From positions 90,185-154,184 of the forward strand of contig CAWEYL010000006.1 of the NCBI GenBank assembly GCA_963813335.1: a stretch of 64,000 nucleotides of DNA, written 5' to 3'. Below the pieces are notes generated by a model. The model saw nothing but the letters and a program-made list of their open reading frames with translations. It was not told where the DNA came from and ran no database searches. The stretch comes from an uncultured Chloroflexia bacterium. GTDB taxonomy: Bacteria; Chloroflexota; Limnocylindria; Limnocylindrales; CSP1-4. Numbering within the stretch: the first letter of the stretch is position 1; every line of letters begins with the position of its first letter. A program made the translations under genes and the position numbers. Of the stretch, positions 9,994 to 19,795 are shown in pieces.

Positions 9994-10709
9994 GCCACCT
10001 GCTCCGGCTCTACCCGGCGCCCTGGCGGCAGCGCTACGGCGAGGAGTTCCTGGCCCTCCTCGCGGAGCGGCCACCGTCGCTCGACGATCGCGTCGACATC
10101 GTCCGCGGAGCCATCGACGCGCGGCTGCATCCGCAAGCCACCGCGCCCCAGCCGACCGTCGCCGACCGGGCGGGGTTCGCGGTCCTCTCGGGTCTCGGCC
10201 TGTTCGTCGCCGGGATCCTCATCGCGATCAGCGGCCCGGTCCAGGAGGACGAGTACGGGACCTATCGCGATGGCGCGGCGGCGTTGCCGTTCTTCATCGG
10301 GTCGATGGCGCTGCTGTCGTTCGGGCTCTACCGGCTCCTCGAGCGGCTGCCGCTCGAGCGGCTCGCAGCCCGCTCGGCCGCGTGGACGGCGATCGTCACC
10401 GGCACGTTCTGGTCGATCGTGCCGTGGGCGATGACGGTCGGCCTCGTCTTCTTCCTCGCCATCCTGGCGTTCGCCGTCGGTGCCCGGCGAGCCGGGCTGC
10501 TGTCCGGCTGGATGACGGCTGCCGTCGGGCTCGCCGTCGTCGGTCCGATCGTGGTGTTCGCGGTCATGTCCATCACGCCGTGGTATGCGAACCGCGGGTC
10601 GAACATCATCCTCCTGCTGCTGCCGATGGCCGCCCTGTGGCCTCTCGTCGGGTTCCGCCTGCTGCGCGGGTTCCCGGCGGCGGCGATGGAGCCGGCCCCC
10701 GGCGGCTGA
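9990..10709 (+). CDS. PadR-associated membrane protein
   Basis: LLRLYPAPWRQRYGEEF N-terminus typical of PadR partners; about 6 TM. Confidence 0.75.
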   Translation: MSHLLRLYPAPWRQRYGEEFLALLAERPPSLDDRVDIVRGAIDARLHPQATAPQPTVADRAGFAVLSGLGLFVAGILIAISGPVQEDEYGTYRDGAAALPFFIGSMALLSFGLYRLLERLPLERLAARSAAWTAIVTGTFWSIVPWAMTVGLVFFLAILAFAVGARRAGLLSGWMTAAVGLAVVGPIVVFAVMSITPWYANRGSNIILLLLPMAALWPLVGFRLLRGFPAAAMEPAPGG

Positions 10710-10769
10710 GCGTGTTCCACGTCGGCGACCGACTCGCGATCGAGCGGCCTGCCGTCCCGGCGCCGGCGG

Positions 10770-11582
10770 TCACTTCGGCTTGGCCGCGCTGGCCTTCGCC
10801 GTCTCGGTGATCTTGGTGAAGAACTCCAGCGCCGTCCGCGTCTTGGTCTGCTGCTCGCCGGAGATCTCGACGCCCTTGCTGGCCAGGTAGGCCCGCGCCT
10901 CGGCGGCGGCCTGGAACCCCTCGCTCGGCAGTGTCTTGGTCGAGAGCTCCAGGATGCGCGACCCGTCCGGGTAGAACCACAGCTCGGCGACCATCGCGCG
11001 CGGCAGCTCCTTCGGGACGAACTTGAGCTTCATCGCGGTGATCGGGCCGAGCGGCTCGAGGTCATCGAGGGTGATCCCCTCGGGCGCGTGGGCAGCGTAG
11101 AAGTCGCGCTGGCCACTCGTGAAGAGCTTGCGGATCGGGCGCTCACCGAAGAGCACGGACTTGACCGCAGCCGGTCCCCACGTCGCCTTGTACGACCCGG
11201 AGCACACGAAGCCACCGGGCATCGCGTCGACCTCCACGCCGAAGTCGGGCGACCGGCGCAGGCCCACGGGCAGCTCATCGGGCACGACCGGGCGGAGCTT
11301 CACGACCGAGTCGTCGCCCTTGCCCTGCACGCGACGCGCGCGGACGACCATGCCTACCCGGTCCAGGGCGAGGTCCGGGGTGTCGAAGAACACGATCTGG
11401 CGGACCTGGGCATCCAGGGGGTCCATGCCCAGCGAACGGATCGCCGAGCGCTGGTCGGCCTCGGGGATGGTGAGCTTGAGCTCGATGGTGTCGGCGCCCT
11501 TGAGCAGCTTGAGCATCTCCATGAGCTGTTCGCCCGTGAGCGGTGGCGGCGCGGCCGGTCGAGCGGCGGCTTTCGTGGCCAT
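10770..11582 (-). CDS. CYTH-like (triphosphate tunnel metalloenzyme) protein
   Basis: IELKLT (ExExK variant), FFDTPDLAL, VRARR, SVVKLRP, ELSTK, QQTKT. Confidence 0.7.
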   Translation of the reverse strand: MATKAAARPAAPPPLTGEQLMEMLKLLKGADTIELKLTIPEADQRSAIRSLGMDPLDAQVRQIVFFDTPDLALDRVGMVVRARRVQGKGDDSVVKLRPVVPDELPVGLRRSPDFGVEVDAMPGGFVCSGSYKATWGPAAVKSVLFGERPIRKLFTSGQRDFYAAHAPEGITLDDLEPLGPITAMKLKFVPKELPRAMVAELWFYPDGSRILELSTKTLPSEGFQAAAEARAYLASKGVEISGEQQTKTRTALEFFTKITETAKASAAKPK

Positions 11583-11724
11583 TGACGATCTCCTCAGTGC
11601 GGCCCGTCCAGATCGCCGTCGCGCGCGTGCGACCCTCGATGGCCGGTCCCCTCGCTGCTAGCATGCACCTATCCGACGACGCCGCGCGCCGTCACCCCGA
11701 CCCAAACGGACCCGAGGCCCGACC

Positions 11725-14484
11725 ATGACCGAGACTGCTGCTCCCGCCAAGGCGTCCCCCGTCGCCTGGCACGGCCTCACGCCAGAGGACGCGCTGTCGC
11801 GTCAGGGCGTGACCATCGAGGCCGGCCTGAGCGCCGCCGAGGCCACCAAGCGACAGGCCACCTTCGGCCCGAACCGGTTCGCCGAGGCCGCCAAGGAGCC
11901 CCGCTGGCAGGCGTTCGCGCGCCAGTACAAGGACCCGATGCAGATCGTGCTGCTCGCGGCCGGCGTCCTCAGCCTGTTCATCCCGAACCAGGTCGCGACC
12001 GGCATCGTCCTCATCGCGCTGACGCTCCTCAATGCCGCGATGGGCCTCAGCCAGGAAGGCAAGGCCAACGCCAGCGTGGCCGCCCTCCAGAAGATGATGG
12101 TCGTCAAGGCCAAGACCCGCCGCGACGGCGCCCTGGTCGAGCTGGCGATGGAGGACCTGGTCCCCGGCGACATCGTCAACATCGAGGCCGGCGACCTGGT
12201 GCCGGCCGACGGCCGGATCCTCACCGCGGCGACGCTCGAGATCGATGAGTCGGCGCTCACCGGCGAAAGCCTGCCGGTCCCCAAGCAGATCGAGGCCGTC
12301 GCCGCAGATGCGGCCCTCGGCGACCGCGTCGACCTCGCATTCATGAACACCCAGGTGACGCGCGGCGCGGGCACGATCCTCGTGGTCTCGACAGGGATGA
12401 GCACCGAGGTCGGGCATATCAGCGGCATGCTCCAGACCACCAAGGACGAGGTCACGCCGCTCACCCGCCAGCTCAACTCCCTCACCAACCAGATCCTCAT
12501 CATCGCCGGCGTCGCCCTGCTGATCTCCATCGGGATCGGCCTGTGGCGGGACACTCCCTTCGACACGCTGTTCCTCACGGCCATCGCGTTCTCCGTCTCG
12601 GCCATCCCGACGGGCCTGCCCGCGGTGGTCACCGCCATCCTCTCGAAGGGCACCCAGACCCTTGCCGCCTCCGGGGCGATCGTGAAGCGCCTGCGTTCGG
12701 TGGAGACGCTCGGCTCCACCTCGGCGATCAACTCCGACAAGACCGGCACCCTGACGCTCAACCAGATGACCGCGGTCCAGATGGCCGTCGTCGGCCACCG
12801 CTACACGGTCTCGGGCGAGGGCTACTCGACGATCGGGCAGATCGCCCAGGTCGGCGGCCAGCCCGAGGTCAAGCTCGACAAGCTGATGCTGCCGATGGCG
12901 CTGTGCGCTGATGCCGAGGTGAAGGACGGCGGGCTCGTCGGCGACCCGACCGAAGGGGCGCTCGTGGTCCTCGCCGCGAAGGGTGGCGTCGACCCGGCCC
13001 TGACCCGCGAGCAGTACCCGCGGGTCGCGACGCTCCCGTTCGACGCGGCCTACAAGTTCATGGCGACCTTCCACCGGATGGATGGCGACGACGGCAAGCC
13101 GGTGATCCGTGCCTACGTGAAGGGCGCCCCGGACCAGCTGCTGGCACGGGCCGGCTGGGCGGTGGCGCCCGAAGGCGACCGCCACCCGATCGGCGATGTC
13201 CGCGAGCCGTACCTGGCTGAGAACGATCGGCTCGGCTCGCAGGGGCTGCGGGTCATGGCGACCGGCCAGCGCGACTTCGACCCGGCGACCTTCGACCCCA
13301 ACGCCGACCTGCTGCCGCTCATCGACGACCTCGAGCTCCTGGCCCTGGTCGGCATCGTCGACCCGCCGCGGCCCGAAGCCCGTGTCGCCATCGCCGAGGC
13401 CAAGTCGGCCGGCATCAAGGTGCGCATGATCACCGGCGACCACGCGATCACCGCGGAGGCGATCGCGCGCCAGCTGGGCATCGAAGGGGCGGCCATCACC
13501 GGCGCCGAGTTCTCGGCGATGGCCGACGAGGAGGCCGACCGACGCATCGACGACATCGGCGTCATCGCCCGGGTCGCGCCCGAAGACAAGGTCCGCCTCG
13601 TCAACATCCTGCGGCGCAAGGGCCACATCGTGGCGATGACCGGCGACGGCGTGAACGACGCGCCGGCGCTCAAGATGGCCGACATCGGCGTGGCCATGGG
13701 CATCACCGGCACCGAGGTCTCCAAGGAGGCCGCGGTGATGATCCTGACCGACGACAACTTCGCGACCATCGTCAAGGCCGTCGAGCAGGGCCGCGCGCTG
13801 TACGACAACCTGATGCGCTACATCCGGTTCCAGATGGCGTGCCTCTTCGGGTTCATCGGCACATTCCTCGGTGCGAGCATCTTCAACATCCTGGCCGGCG
13901 TGCCGTTCCTCCCGCTGCAGACCCTGTGGATCAACTTCACGGCCGACATCTTCCAGGCCATCGGGCTCGGCTACGGCAAGGCACGGGTGGGCCTGATGGA
14001 GGAGTCGCCACGCCCCAAGGACCAGGAGATCCTGCCGCGGCCGCTCTTCCTCTGGCTGGCGTTCATCGGCATCGTCATGGCCGTCGGCACCCTCGGAGTG
14101 ATCGTCTGGTCCAATAACGCCTTCAACGAGACGGTCGCGCACACGATGGGCCTCGCGACGTTCTCGATCTTCCACCTGTTCTTCTCGCTCGAGACCGCCA
14201 ATGAGGAGCGGACACTCTTCAGCAGCGAGCTCCTCGAGAACCCGACGCTCCTGAAGACCTCGGCCCTGTCCGTGGTCACGATCTTCCTCGCGACGTCGTT
14301 CGGCCCGCTCCAGCGGATGCTCGATACGACCGAGCTCGATGCCCGCCAGTGGGCGCTCTGCGGCCTCGTGGCCGCGTCGATCATCGTCATCACCGAGGTC
14401 CGCAAGGTCTTCCGCCGGAGGAGCGCCGCGGTCGTGGCCGCGGCGGCAGCACCGGCGGCGCCGGCAGCCCCAGCAGCGGCCTAG
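11725..14484 (+). CDS. Cation-transporting P-type ATPase (P2A/Ca2+-like)
   Basis: LTGES, DKTGTLT, GDPTEGAL, KGAPD, MITGDH, TGDGVNDAPAL; TM4 reads AIPTGLP rather than IPEGL. Confidence 0.93.
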   Translation: MTETAAPAKASPVAWHGLTPEDALSRQGVTIEAGLSAAEATKRQATFGPNRFAEAAKEPRWQAFARQYKDPMQIVLLAAGVLSLFIPNQVATGIVLIALTLLNAAMGLSQEGKANASVAALQKMMVVKAKTRRDGALVELAMEDLVPGDIVNIEAGDLVPADGRILTAATLEIDESALTGESLPVPKQIEAVAADAALGDRVDLAFMNTQVTRGAGTILVVSTGMSTEVGHISGMLQTTKDEVTPLTRQLNSLTNQILIIAGVALLISIGIGLWRDTPFDTLFLTAIAFSVSAIPTGLPAVVTAILSKGTQTLAASGAIVKRLRSVETLGSTSAINSDKTGTLTLNQMTAVQMAVVGHRYTVSGEGYSTIGQIAQVGGQPEVKLDKLMLPMALCADAEVKDGGLVGDPTEGALVVLAAKGGVDPALTREQYPRVATLPFDAAYKFMATFHRMDGDDGKPVIRAYVKGAPDQLLARAGWAVAPEGDRHPIGDVREPYLAENDRLGSQGLRVMATGQRDFDPATFDPNADLLPLIDDLELLALVGIVDPPRPEARVAIAEAKSAGIKVRMITGDHAITAEAIARQLGIEGAAITGAEFSAMADEEADRRIDDIGVIARVAPEDKVRLVNILRRKGHIVAMTGDGVNDAPALKMADIGVAMGITGTEVSKEAAVMILTDDNFATIVKAVEQGRALYDNLMRYIRFQMACLFGFIGTFLGASIFNILAGVPFLPLQTLWINFTADIFQAIGLGYGKARVGLMEESPRPKDQEILPRPLFLWLAFIGIVMAVGTLGVIVWSNNAFNETVAHTMGLATFSIFHLFFSLETANEERTLFSSELLENPTLLKTSALSVVTIFLATSFGPLQRMLDTTELDARQWALCGLVAASIIVITEVRKVFRRRSAAVVAAAAAPAAPAAPAAA

Positions 14485-14486
14485 CC

Positions 14487-15989
14487 ATGGCGGTCATCAT
14501 CCCGCGCTGGGAGTGGCGCACCTTCGGGTCGCACTTCGGCGCTGCCGACGCCGCGTTCGCCGCGATGACGCCGACCGGCGTCGCCGACAGCGACGAGTCG
14601 TACCTGCTGACGGCAGCGCCGGGGGCGCCGGCCATCGTCAAGGTCCGCTTCGACCTGATGGACATCAAGGTCCTGCGCGAGGTGGACGCCGACGGCCTCG
14701 AGCGCTGGGAGCCCATCCTCAAGGTGGGCTTCCCGATGGCCGCTGCCGACGTCGCGCGCGTCGCCGATGCCCTCCACATCGCGCCGGCGTCGCCGGCGCG
14801 CGAGACGTACACCTTGGCCCAGTTCCTCGACGAGGTCGCCGGTCCCAGCGGCATGGTCCGTGCCGTCGACGTGCACAAGCACCGCGTCCGCTACACCGTC
14901 AACGGCTGCTCGTCCGAGGTCTCCGAGGTCACCGCGGGCGGCAAGACGACCCGCACGATCGCCATCGAATCCGAGGACGCGGCCGCGGTCGTCGAGGGGA
15001 TCCGCCAGGTCGGCCTCGATGGCTACACCAACACGAATTACCCGAGCGGCCTCGCGGCGCTCCTCGATGGCCTGCCCGAGCGCTACGCGGTGATCGACGT
15101 CGGCACCAACTCGATCAAGTTCCACGTCGCCGAGCTCGACGCCGGCGGCGCGTTCCACACGCTCGTGGACCGCGCCGAGGTGACCCAGCTCGGCCAGGGC
15201 ATCGACCAGGGCGGGGAGATCATCCCCGAGGCGCTTGAGCGTGCCGTCGTCGCCATCGACGGCATGGCCGACGAGGCGAAGTCGCTCGGGGTGCGGGCGC
15301 TGGTCGCCGTCGGCACAGCGGGCCTGCGCGCGGCCGCAAACCGCGACGCGGTCACGGACACCATCCACGCGCGCACCGGCGTGACGATCCGGGTGATCCC
15401 GGGCGCAGAGGAGGGGCGACTCGCCTACAAGGCCGTCGAAGCCGGGCTCGGCACCACCGCCGGGAGCCTCGTCGTCTTCGACACCGGTGGCGGGAGCTCG
15501 CAGTTCACGTTCGGCCGCGACGGCGCCGTCCTGGAGCAGTACAGCGTGCCGGTGGGAGCGGTCCGGCTCACGGAGCGGTTCGGCCTGGCCGGCGCGGTCA
15601 GCCAGGCGGTCCTCGACGAGGCGCTGGCGGCCATCGCGGCAGAGCTGTCCAGCCTCGATGGGCGCCCCCGGCCGGACGGCCTGGTCGGCATGGGCGGCGC
15701 GATCACGAACATCACCGCCGTCCAGCATTCGATGGCCGTCTACGACCCGAGCGTGGTCCAGGGCTCCGTCCTGCAGCGCGCGGAGCTGGAGCGCCAGATC
15801 GAGCTGTACCGCTCGCGCGACGCCGACGGTCGTCGATCGATCGTGGGGCTCCAGCCGAAGCGCGCGGAAGTCATCCTGGCCGGGGCGTGCGTGGTCCTGA
15901 CCGTCATGGACAAGCTCGGCCAGACCTCGCTGACCGTCAGCGACCGTGGCCTCCGCCACGGCGTCCTCGCGGAGTCGTTCGGCCGCTAG
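14487..15989 (+). CDS. ppx: Ppx/GppA exopolyphosphatase with ~195-aa N-terminal CYTH-like domain
   Basis: IDVGTNSIK, EEGRL, DTGGGSSQ, GMGG, RGLRHG; N-terminal PRWEWRTFG...VKVR...HKHR...IAIESED...NYP. Confidence 0.82.
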   Translation: MAVIIPRWEWRTFGSHFGAADAAFAAMTPTGVADSDESYLLTAAPGAPAIVKVRFDLMDIKVLREVDADGLERWEPILKVGFPMAAADVARVADALHIAPASPARETYTLAQFLDEVAGPSGMVRAVDVHKHRVRYTVNGCSSEVSEVTAGGKTTRTIAIESEDAAAVVEGIRQVGLDGYTNTNYPSGLAALLDGLPERYAVIDVGTNSIKFHVAELDAGGAFHTLVDRAEVTQLGQGIDQGGEIIPEALERAVVAIDGMADEAKSLGVRALVAVGTAGLRAAANRDAVTDTIHARTGVTIRVIPGAEEGRLAYKAVEAGLGTTAGSLVVFDTGGGSSQFTFGRDGAVLEQYSVPVGAVRLTERFGLAGAVSQAVLDEALAAIAAELSSLDGRPRPDGLVGMGGAITNITAVQHSMAVYDPSVVQGSVLQRAELERQIELYRSRDADGRRSIVGLQPKRAEVILAGACVVLTVMDKLGQTSLTVSDRGLRHGVLAESFGR

Positions 15990-16000
15990 ACGGCCAACGG

Positions 16001-17263
16001 TCAGCTCGCGATCGCCTGCCCGCGCGATGTGCGGCGCGTGGCGAGCTCCGGCGTGTCGGCGAGTTCGGGCGCCGCGGCCGGGAGTCCGCTCGTCAACCGC
16101 CCATACCAGGCCACGAGCGGCCCGGCTGACAGCCCGTGGAGCACGATGCTGAGCAGGACCGTCGTCGCGACCGCAGCCGCGACGCCCGCCTCCAGGTGCG
16201 GGGACCGATCGTCGCCGAGCGCGAGCAGCGCGAGCACGATCGACGCGAGGCCCCGTGGACCGAACCATCCGATGAACGCGATCGTCGGGATCGACAGGCG
16301 GGTCTGGACCAGGGCGACGGCGACCGGGAGCATCCGGATGACCGTCAGTGACAGCACGGCGTAGGCGACCACCGCCGGCGAGTACCCGGCGATCTGCGGG
16401 ACGAGCGCCCCGAAGAGGAAGAACACGGCCGCCCCGGCGACCTCGCCTGACGTCTCGCCGAACTCGGTGAACGCCTCCGGCATCCGCCCGCCGACCGCCG
16501 TCGCCGCCATCCCGGCCGTGAATGCCGCGATGAATGAATTCCCGCCGAGCAGCGGCGTGATGGCCCAGGCCAGGATCGCCAGGGCCGGGGCCACGGCCCA
16601 TCGGAATGAGGGCGACAGGTGATCCTTCGCCGTGGCCCAACGGACGAGTGCGGCCCCGATGGCCCCGACCGCGATTCCCACGAGGACCCCCAGGCCGATC
16701 TCCGAGGCAGCGAACCGGATCCACTCGGTCCCGCCGTTCGACTCTTCCTCGATGGCGACGACGAAGAGGACGAGCGGGGTGACGATGCCGTCGTTCAGCC
16801 CCGACTCCACGTTGATCGCCTGGCGGATGCGGACGGGGATCCGGCGGTCGTTGACCACGGCCGCCCCGAGCCCGGCGTCGGTCGGGGCCAGGAGCACCGC
16901 GACCAGCAACGCGCCCGTCAGGCCCAGGCCAGGCAGGATGGCCATGGCGACCGCGACGCCGAGCGCGATCGTCAGCGGCAGGCCGATCAGCAGCAGCCGG
17001 GCGGGCAGGCTGGCGGTCCCCCGGATGGATCGGATGTCGATGCGCGACGCGTCCGTGAACAGGCACAGGACGAGGGCGATCTCCCCGACGAGGCGCAACT
17101 CCTCGCCTGCCTGTCCGCCCGTCAGGATCCCGGGCGCGAGCGCGCCGACGAGCAGGCCGACCGCGAGGCTGGCGATCTGCGGCGTGACGCTCCAGCCGCC
17201 CAGCGTCCTGGAGACCAGGGCGTAGCCCAGGACCGTTGCCGCGAAGACGCCGACGATCAGCAA
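16001..17263 (-). CDS. CPA1/NhaP-type cation:proton antiporter
   Basis: LAPTDAGL, VESGLNDG, GWFGPRGLAS, SIVLHG. Confidence 0.9.
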   Translation of the reverse strand: MLIVGVFAATVLGYALVSRTLGGWSVTPQIASLAVGLLVGALAPGILTGGQAGEELRLVGEIALVLCLFTDASRIDIRSIRGTASLPARLLLIGLPLTIALGVAVAMAILPGLGLTGALLVAVLLAPTDAGLGAAVVNDRRIPVRIRQAINVESGLNDGIVTPLVLFVVAIEEESNGGTEWIRFAASEIGLGVLVGIAVGAIGAALVRWATAKDHLSPSFRWAVAPALAILAWAITPLLGGNSFIAAFTAGMAATAVGGRMPEAFTEFGETSGEVAGAAVFFLFGALVPQIAGYSPAVVAYAVLSLTVIRMLPVAVALVQTRLSIPTIAFIGWFGPRGLASIVLALLALGDDRSPHLEAGVAAAVATTVLLSIVLHGLSAGPLVAWYGRLTSGLPAAAPELADTPELATRRTSRGQAIAS

Positions 17264-17366
17264 GGCTGCCTCACGGCGTCAGTGTCGCGCACCGGGTGCC
17301 CCGCGTGGCGGTCAGATGCCCAAGTGCAGCCGCAGCGCCTCATCGATGTCGACCAAGGATCGCGAT

Positions 17367-18161
17367 CTACGACCTTGGCTCGCGGTCGTACAGCCGGCGA
17401 GCCCACACGTAGCCCCCGACCGAGATCGCGAGGCACCAGGCGACCGCCACCACGCCGCTGGTCCCGATCGGCGTCCCGACGAGCAGCCCGCGCACCGTCT
17501 CGATCAGCGGCGTGAACGGCTGGTGCTCGGCGAACCAGGCCAGCGGCGCGGGCATGGACTCGGTCGGGACGAAGCCGCTGCTCAGGAACGGCAGGAGGAT
17601 CAGGAACATCGGGGAGTTGCTGGCGGTCTCGACGCTGCCGGCCGACATGCCGAGGGCGACCGACAGCCACGAGATCGCGAACGCCGCGAGGGCGAGCAGG
17701 CCGGTCGCCGCGAGCCACTCCAGGGGGCCCGTGGTGGAGCGGAACCCGATCAGGACGGCGACGACCATGACGATGGCGATCGCGATCATGGTCTGGATCA
17801 CGCTGCCGATCACATGGCCGGTCAGGACCGAGATGCGGGCGATGTCCATGGTCTTGAACCGGGCGATGATCCCTTCGGTCATGTCCATCGCGACCGAGAT
17901 CGCCGTGCCCTGCGCCGCGCCGGCCACGGTGATCAGCAGGATCCCGGGGACGACGTACGCGATGTAGTCGGCGCGGTCGCCGCCGGCGGGAAGGCCGAGG
18001 CCGGCTCCCAGCGTGCCGCCGAAGACATACGCGAAGAGCAGCAGCAGGACGACCGGGATGCCGGCGATGAACAACGTCAGCGAGGGGTAGCGGCGCATCC
18101 GGCGGAGGTTGCGCCGGAGCATGGTCGCCGAGTCGGCGAGGACGAACGGATACGCAGTCAT
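17367..18161 (-). CDS. ABC-2 exporter permease (DrrB-like)
   Basis: YVVPGILL, FLSSGFVPTESMP, QPFTPLIETVRGL. Confidence 0.9.
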   Translation of the reverse strand: MTAYPFVLADSATMLRRNLRRMRRYPSLTLFIAGIPVVLLLLFAYVFGGTLGAGLGLPAGGDRADYIAYVVPGILLITVAGAAQGTAISVAMDMTEGIIARFKTMDIARISVLTGHVIGSVIQTMIAIAIVMVVAVLIGFRSTTGPLEWLAATGLLALAAFAISWLSVALGMSAGSVETASNSPMFLILLPFLSSGFVPTESMPAPLAWFAEHQPFTPLIETVRGLLVGTPIGTSGVVAVAWCLAISVGGYVWARRLYDREPRS

Positions 18162-19117
18162 GGAACGGTCACCTTCTGTGGTTCGGGGTCGCCCGTGAGC
18201 GACAGGAAGACGTCATCGAGGTCGGGGGTCGCCAGCGAGAGCTCGCCCACATCGATCGCGTTCAGCTCGAGCGTGTCGAGGGTGGCGCGGAGCGAGCCGA
18301 CAGCGCCGTCGCTCGGGATCTGGAGCGTGAGCGACTCGTCGTCGCGCGACGCTCCCTGGAATGCCGCCGCGGCCCGGTCGAGCTCGACCGAGTCGGCGAA
18401 GGAGAGCTGGATGTGGCCGCCCGGCACCAGCCGCTTCAGCTCGTCAGGCGTCCCCTCGGCGACCAGTCTGCCGTGGTCGAGCACGGCGATCCGGTCGGCG
18501 AGCCGGTCCGCCTCCTCGAGGTATTGCGTCGTCAGGAAGATGGTGACGCCGTCCGCGACGAGCTCCTTGATCGTCTGCCACATGCCGCGCCGGCTGCGTG
18601 GATCGAGGCCGGCGGTCGGCTCGTCGAGGAAGATGATCCGTGGATCGCCGATGAGGGTCATCGCGAGGTCAAGCCGCCGGCGCATGCCGCCGGAATAGGT
18701 GTTGACCGGCTTCGAGGCCGCCTCGACGAGGTCGAATCGCTGGAGCAGCTCCTCGACGCGCTGGCGGCCCGCCTGCTTGGCGAGGTGGCGCAGATCGGCC
18801 ATCAGCCGCAGGTTCTCCTCGCCGGTGAACAGCCCGTCCACCGCCGAGAACTGGCCGGTGACCCCGATGAGGCCACGGACCGCGTCGGGTTCGCGACGGA
18901 TGTCGTAGCCGGCCACCAGCACCTCTCCGCCATCGGCGGAGATCAGGGTCGACAGGATCCGGACCATGGTGGTCTTGCCGGCGCCGTTCGGCCCCAGGAG
19001 GGCGAAGACCGTGCCCTCGGCGACCTCGAGGCCGATGCCGTCGAGGACGAGCTGCGTGCCGTAGGACTTGCGGAGGCCCGATACCTGGATCGCGCTCCGT
19101 GGCTCGATCGTCGTCAT
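18158..19117 (-). CDS. ABC exporter ATP-binding subunit (DrrA-like)
   Basis: GPNGAGKTT, YSGGMRRRLD, FLDEPTAGLDP, LTTQYLEEAD. Confidence 0.93.
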   Translation of the reverse strand: MTTIEPRSAIQVSGLRKSYGTQLVLDGIGLEVAEGTVFALLGPNGAGKTTMVRILSTLISADGGEVLVAGYDIRREPDAVRGLIGVTGQFSAVDGLFTGEENLRLMADLRHLAKQAGRQRVEELLQRFDLVEAASKPVNTYSGGMRRRLDLAMTLIGDPRIIFLDEPTAGLDPRSRRGMWQTIKELVADGVTIFLTTQYLEEADRLADRIAVLDHGRLVAEGTPDELKRLVPGGHIQLSFADSVELDRAAAAFQGASRDDESLTLQIPSDGAVGSLRATLDTLELNAIDVGELSLATPDLDDVFLSLTGDPEPQKVTVP

Positions 19118-19156
19118 GCCACACCTCCCCGAAGGTCGGCGAGCGGACGACGACGG

Positions 19157-19675
19157 TCAGATGTCGAGGTCTTCGACGGCTGGCTGCTTGGCGAACGTTG
19201 CCACGCTGTCGTAGAGCTGCGGCGGGATCCGGGTACGGAGCTCTTCGAGCGTGAGAACGACTTCGAGGGTCGACTCGCCGGGGATGTTCCCGTAACTGAC
19301 ATCCCCGATCCCGAGATAGCCGCGCCATCCGGCCGGCTTCCCCTCGGCGTTGAGCACCGAGTAGTCCGCGCTGCGCTCGATGTGGACGACGTACTTGCCC
19401 GTCCGGCTGCGGTAGACCCGGAAGGTCTCCATGCGGCTGTTCGACGAATTGAACCACTCGCCGAGGAGGAGGCCCGTGAAGCGGACCTTGCGGCCCTTGC
19501 CGCGTCCCACCCGGACGATGATCTCGTCGTAGCCCTCGCGCCGACCCTCCTCGACATCGACATGGCGACGGAGGGCAGCTGCGATGGCCGCGGAGAGGTT
19601 GCCGCCGGCAAGCTCTTGCGCGCGCTGGTAGAGGCTGAGGTCTCCATCGGAGACATAGATGGTCTTGTTCGGCAC
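19157..19675 (-). CDS. EXLDI protein (N-terminal RHH-like regulator)
   Basis: (M)PNKTIYVS...GGNLSAAIAAALRR and C-terminal EDLDI; start could be ATG 19699. Confidence 0.85.
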   Translation of the reverse strand: MPNKTIYVSDGDLSLYQRAQELAGGNLSAAIAAALRRHVDVEEGRREGYDEIIVRVGRGKGRKVRFTGLLLGEWFNSSNSRMETFRVYRSRTGKYVVHIERSADYSVLNAEGKPAGWRGYLGIGDVSYGNIPGESTLEVVLTLEELRTRIPPQLYDSVATFAKQPAVEDLDI

Positions 19676-19707
19676 CACGACATCGTAACTCCCCGTCATA
19701 CGGACCA

Positions 19708-19747
19708 GATATACGTACGAGTATACGTATATCGACCCGCACGTCAA
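19708..19747 (-). promoter_or_regulatory. Sigma70-type promoter (TTGACG-16-TATACT) overlapped by a perfect 10-6-10 palindrome
   Basis: gatatacgta-cgagta-tacgtatatc at 19708-19733; -35 at 19742-19747 on the minus strand. Confidence 0.78.
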
Positions 19748-19795
19748 GGGCGATGTCGGCGTCCAAGACATCCGATGAACCTCGCAGAGCGGCGC

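Noticed and set aside
11692-17066. Very long antisense/alternate-frame ORFs (e.g. 11692..14175, 14481..17066; also 1729..3579, 44713..46830, 52547..54793)
   Set aside because: Arg/Gly/Pro-rich shadow ORFs overlapping well-supported genes; expected at this high GC
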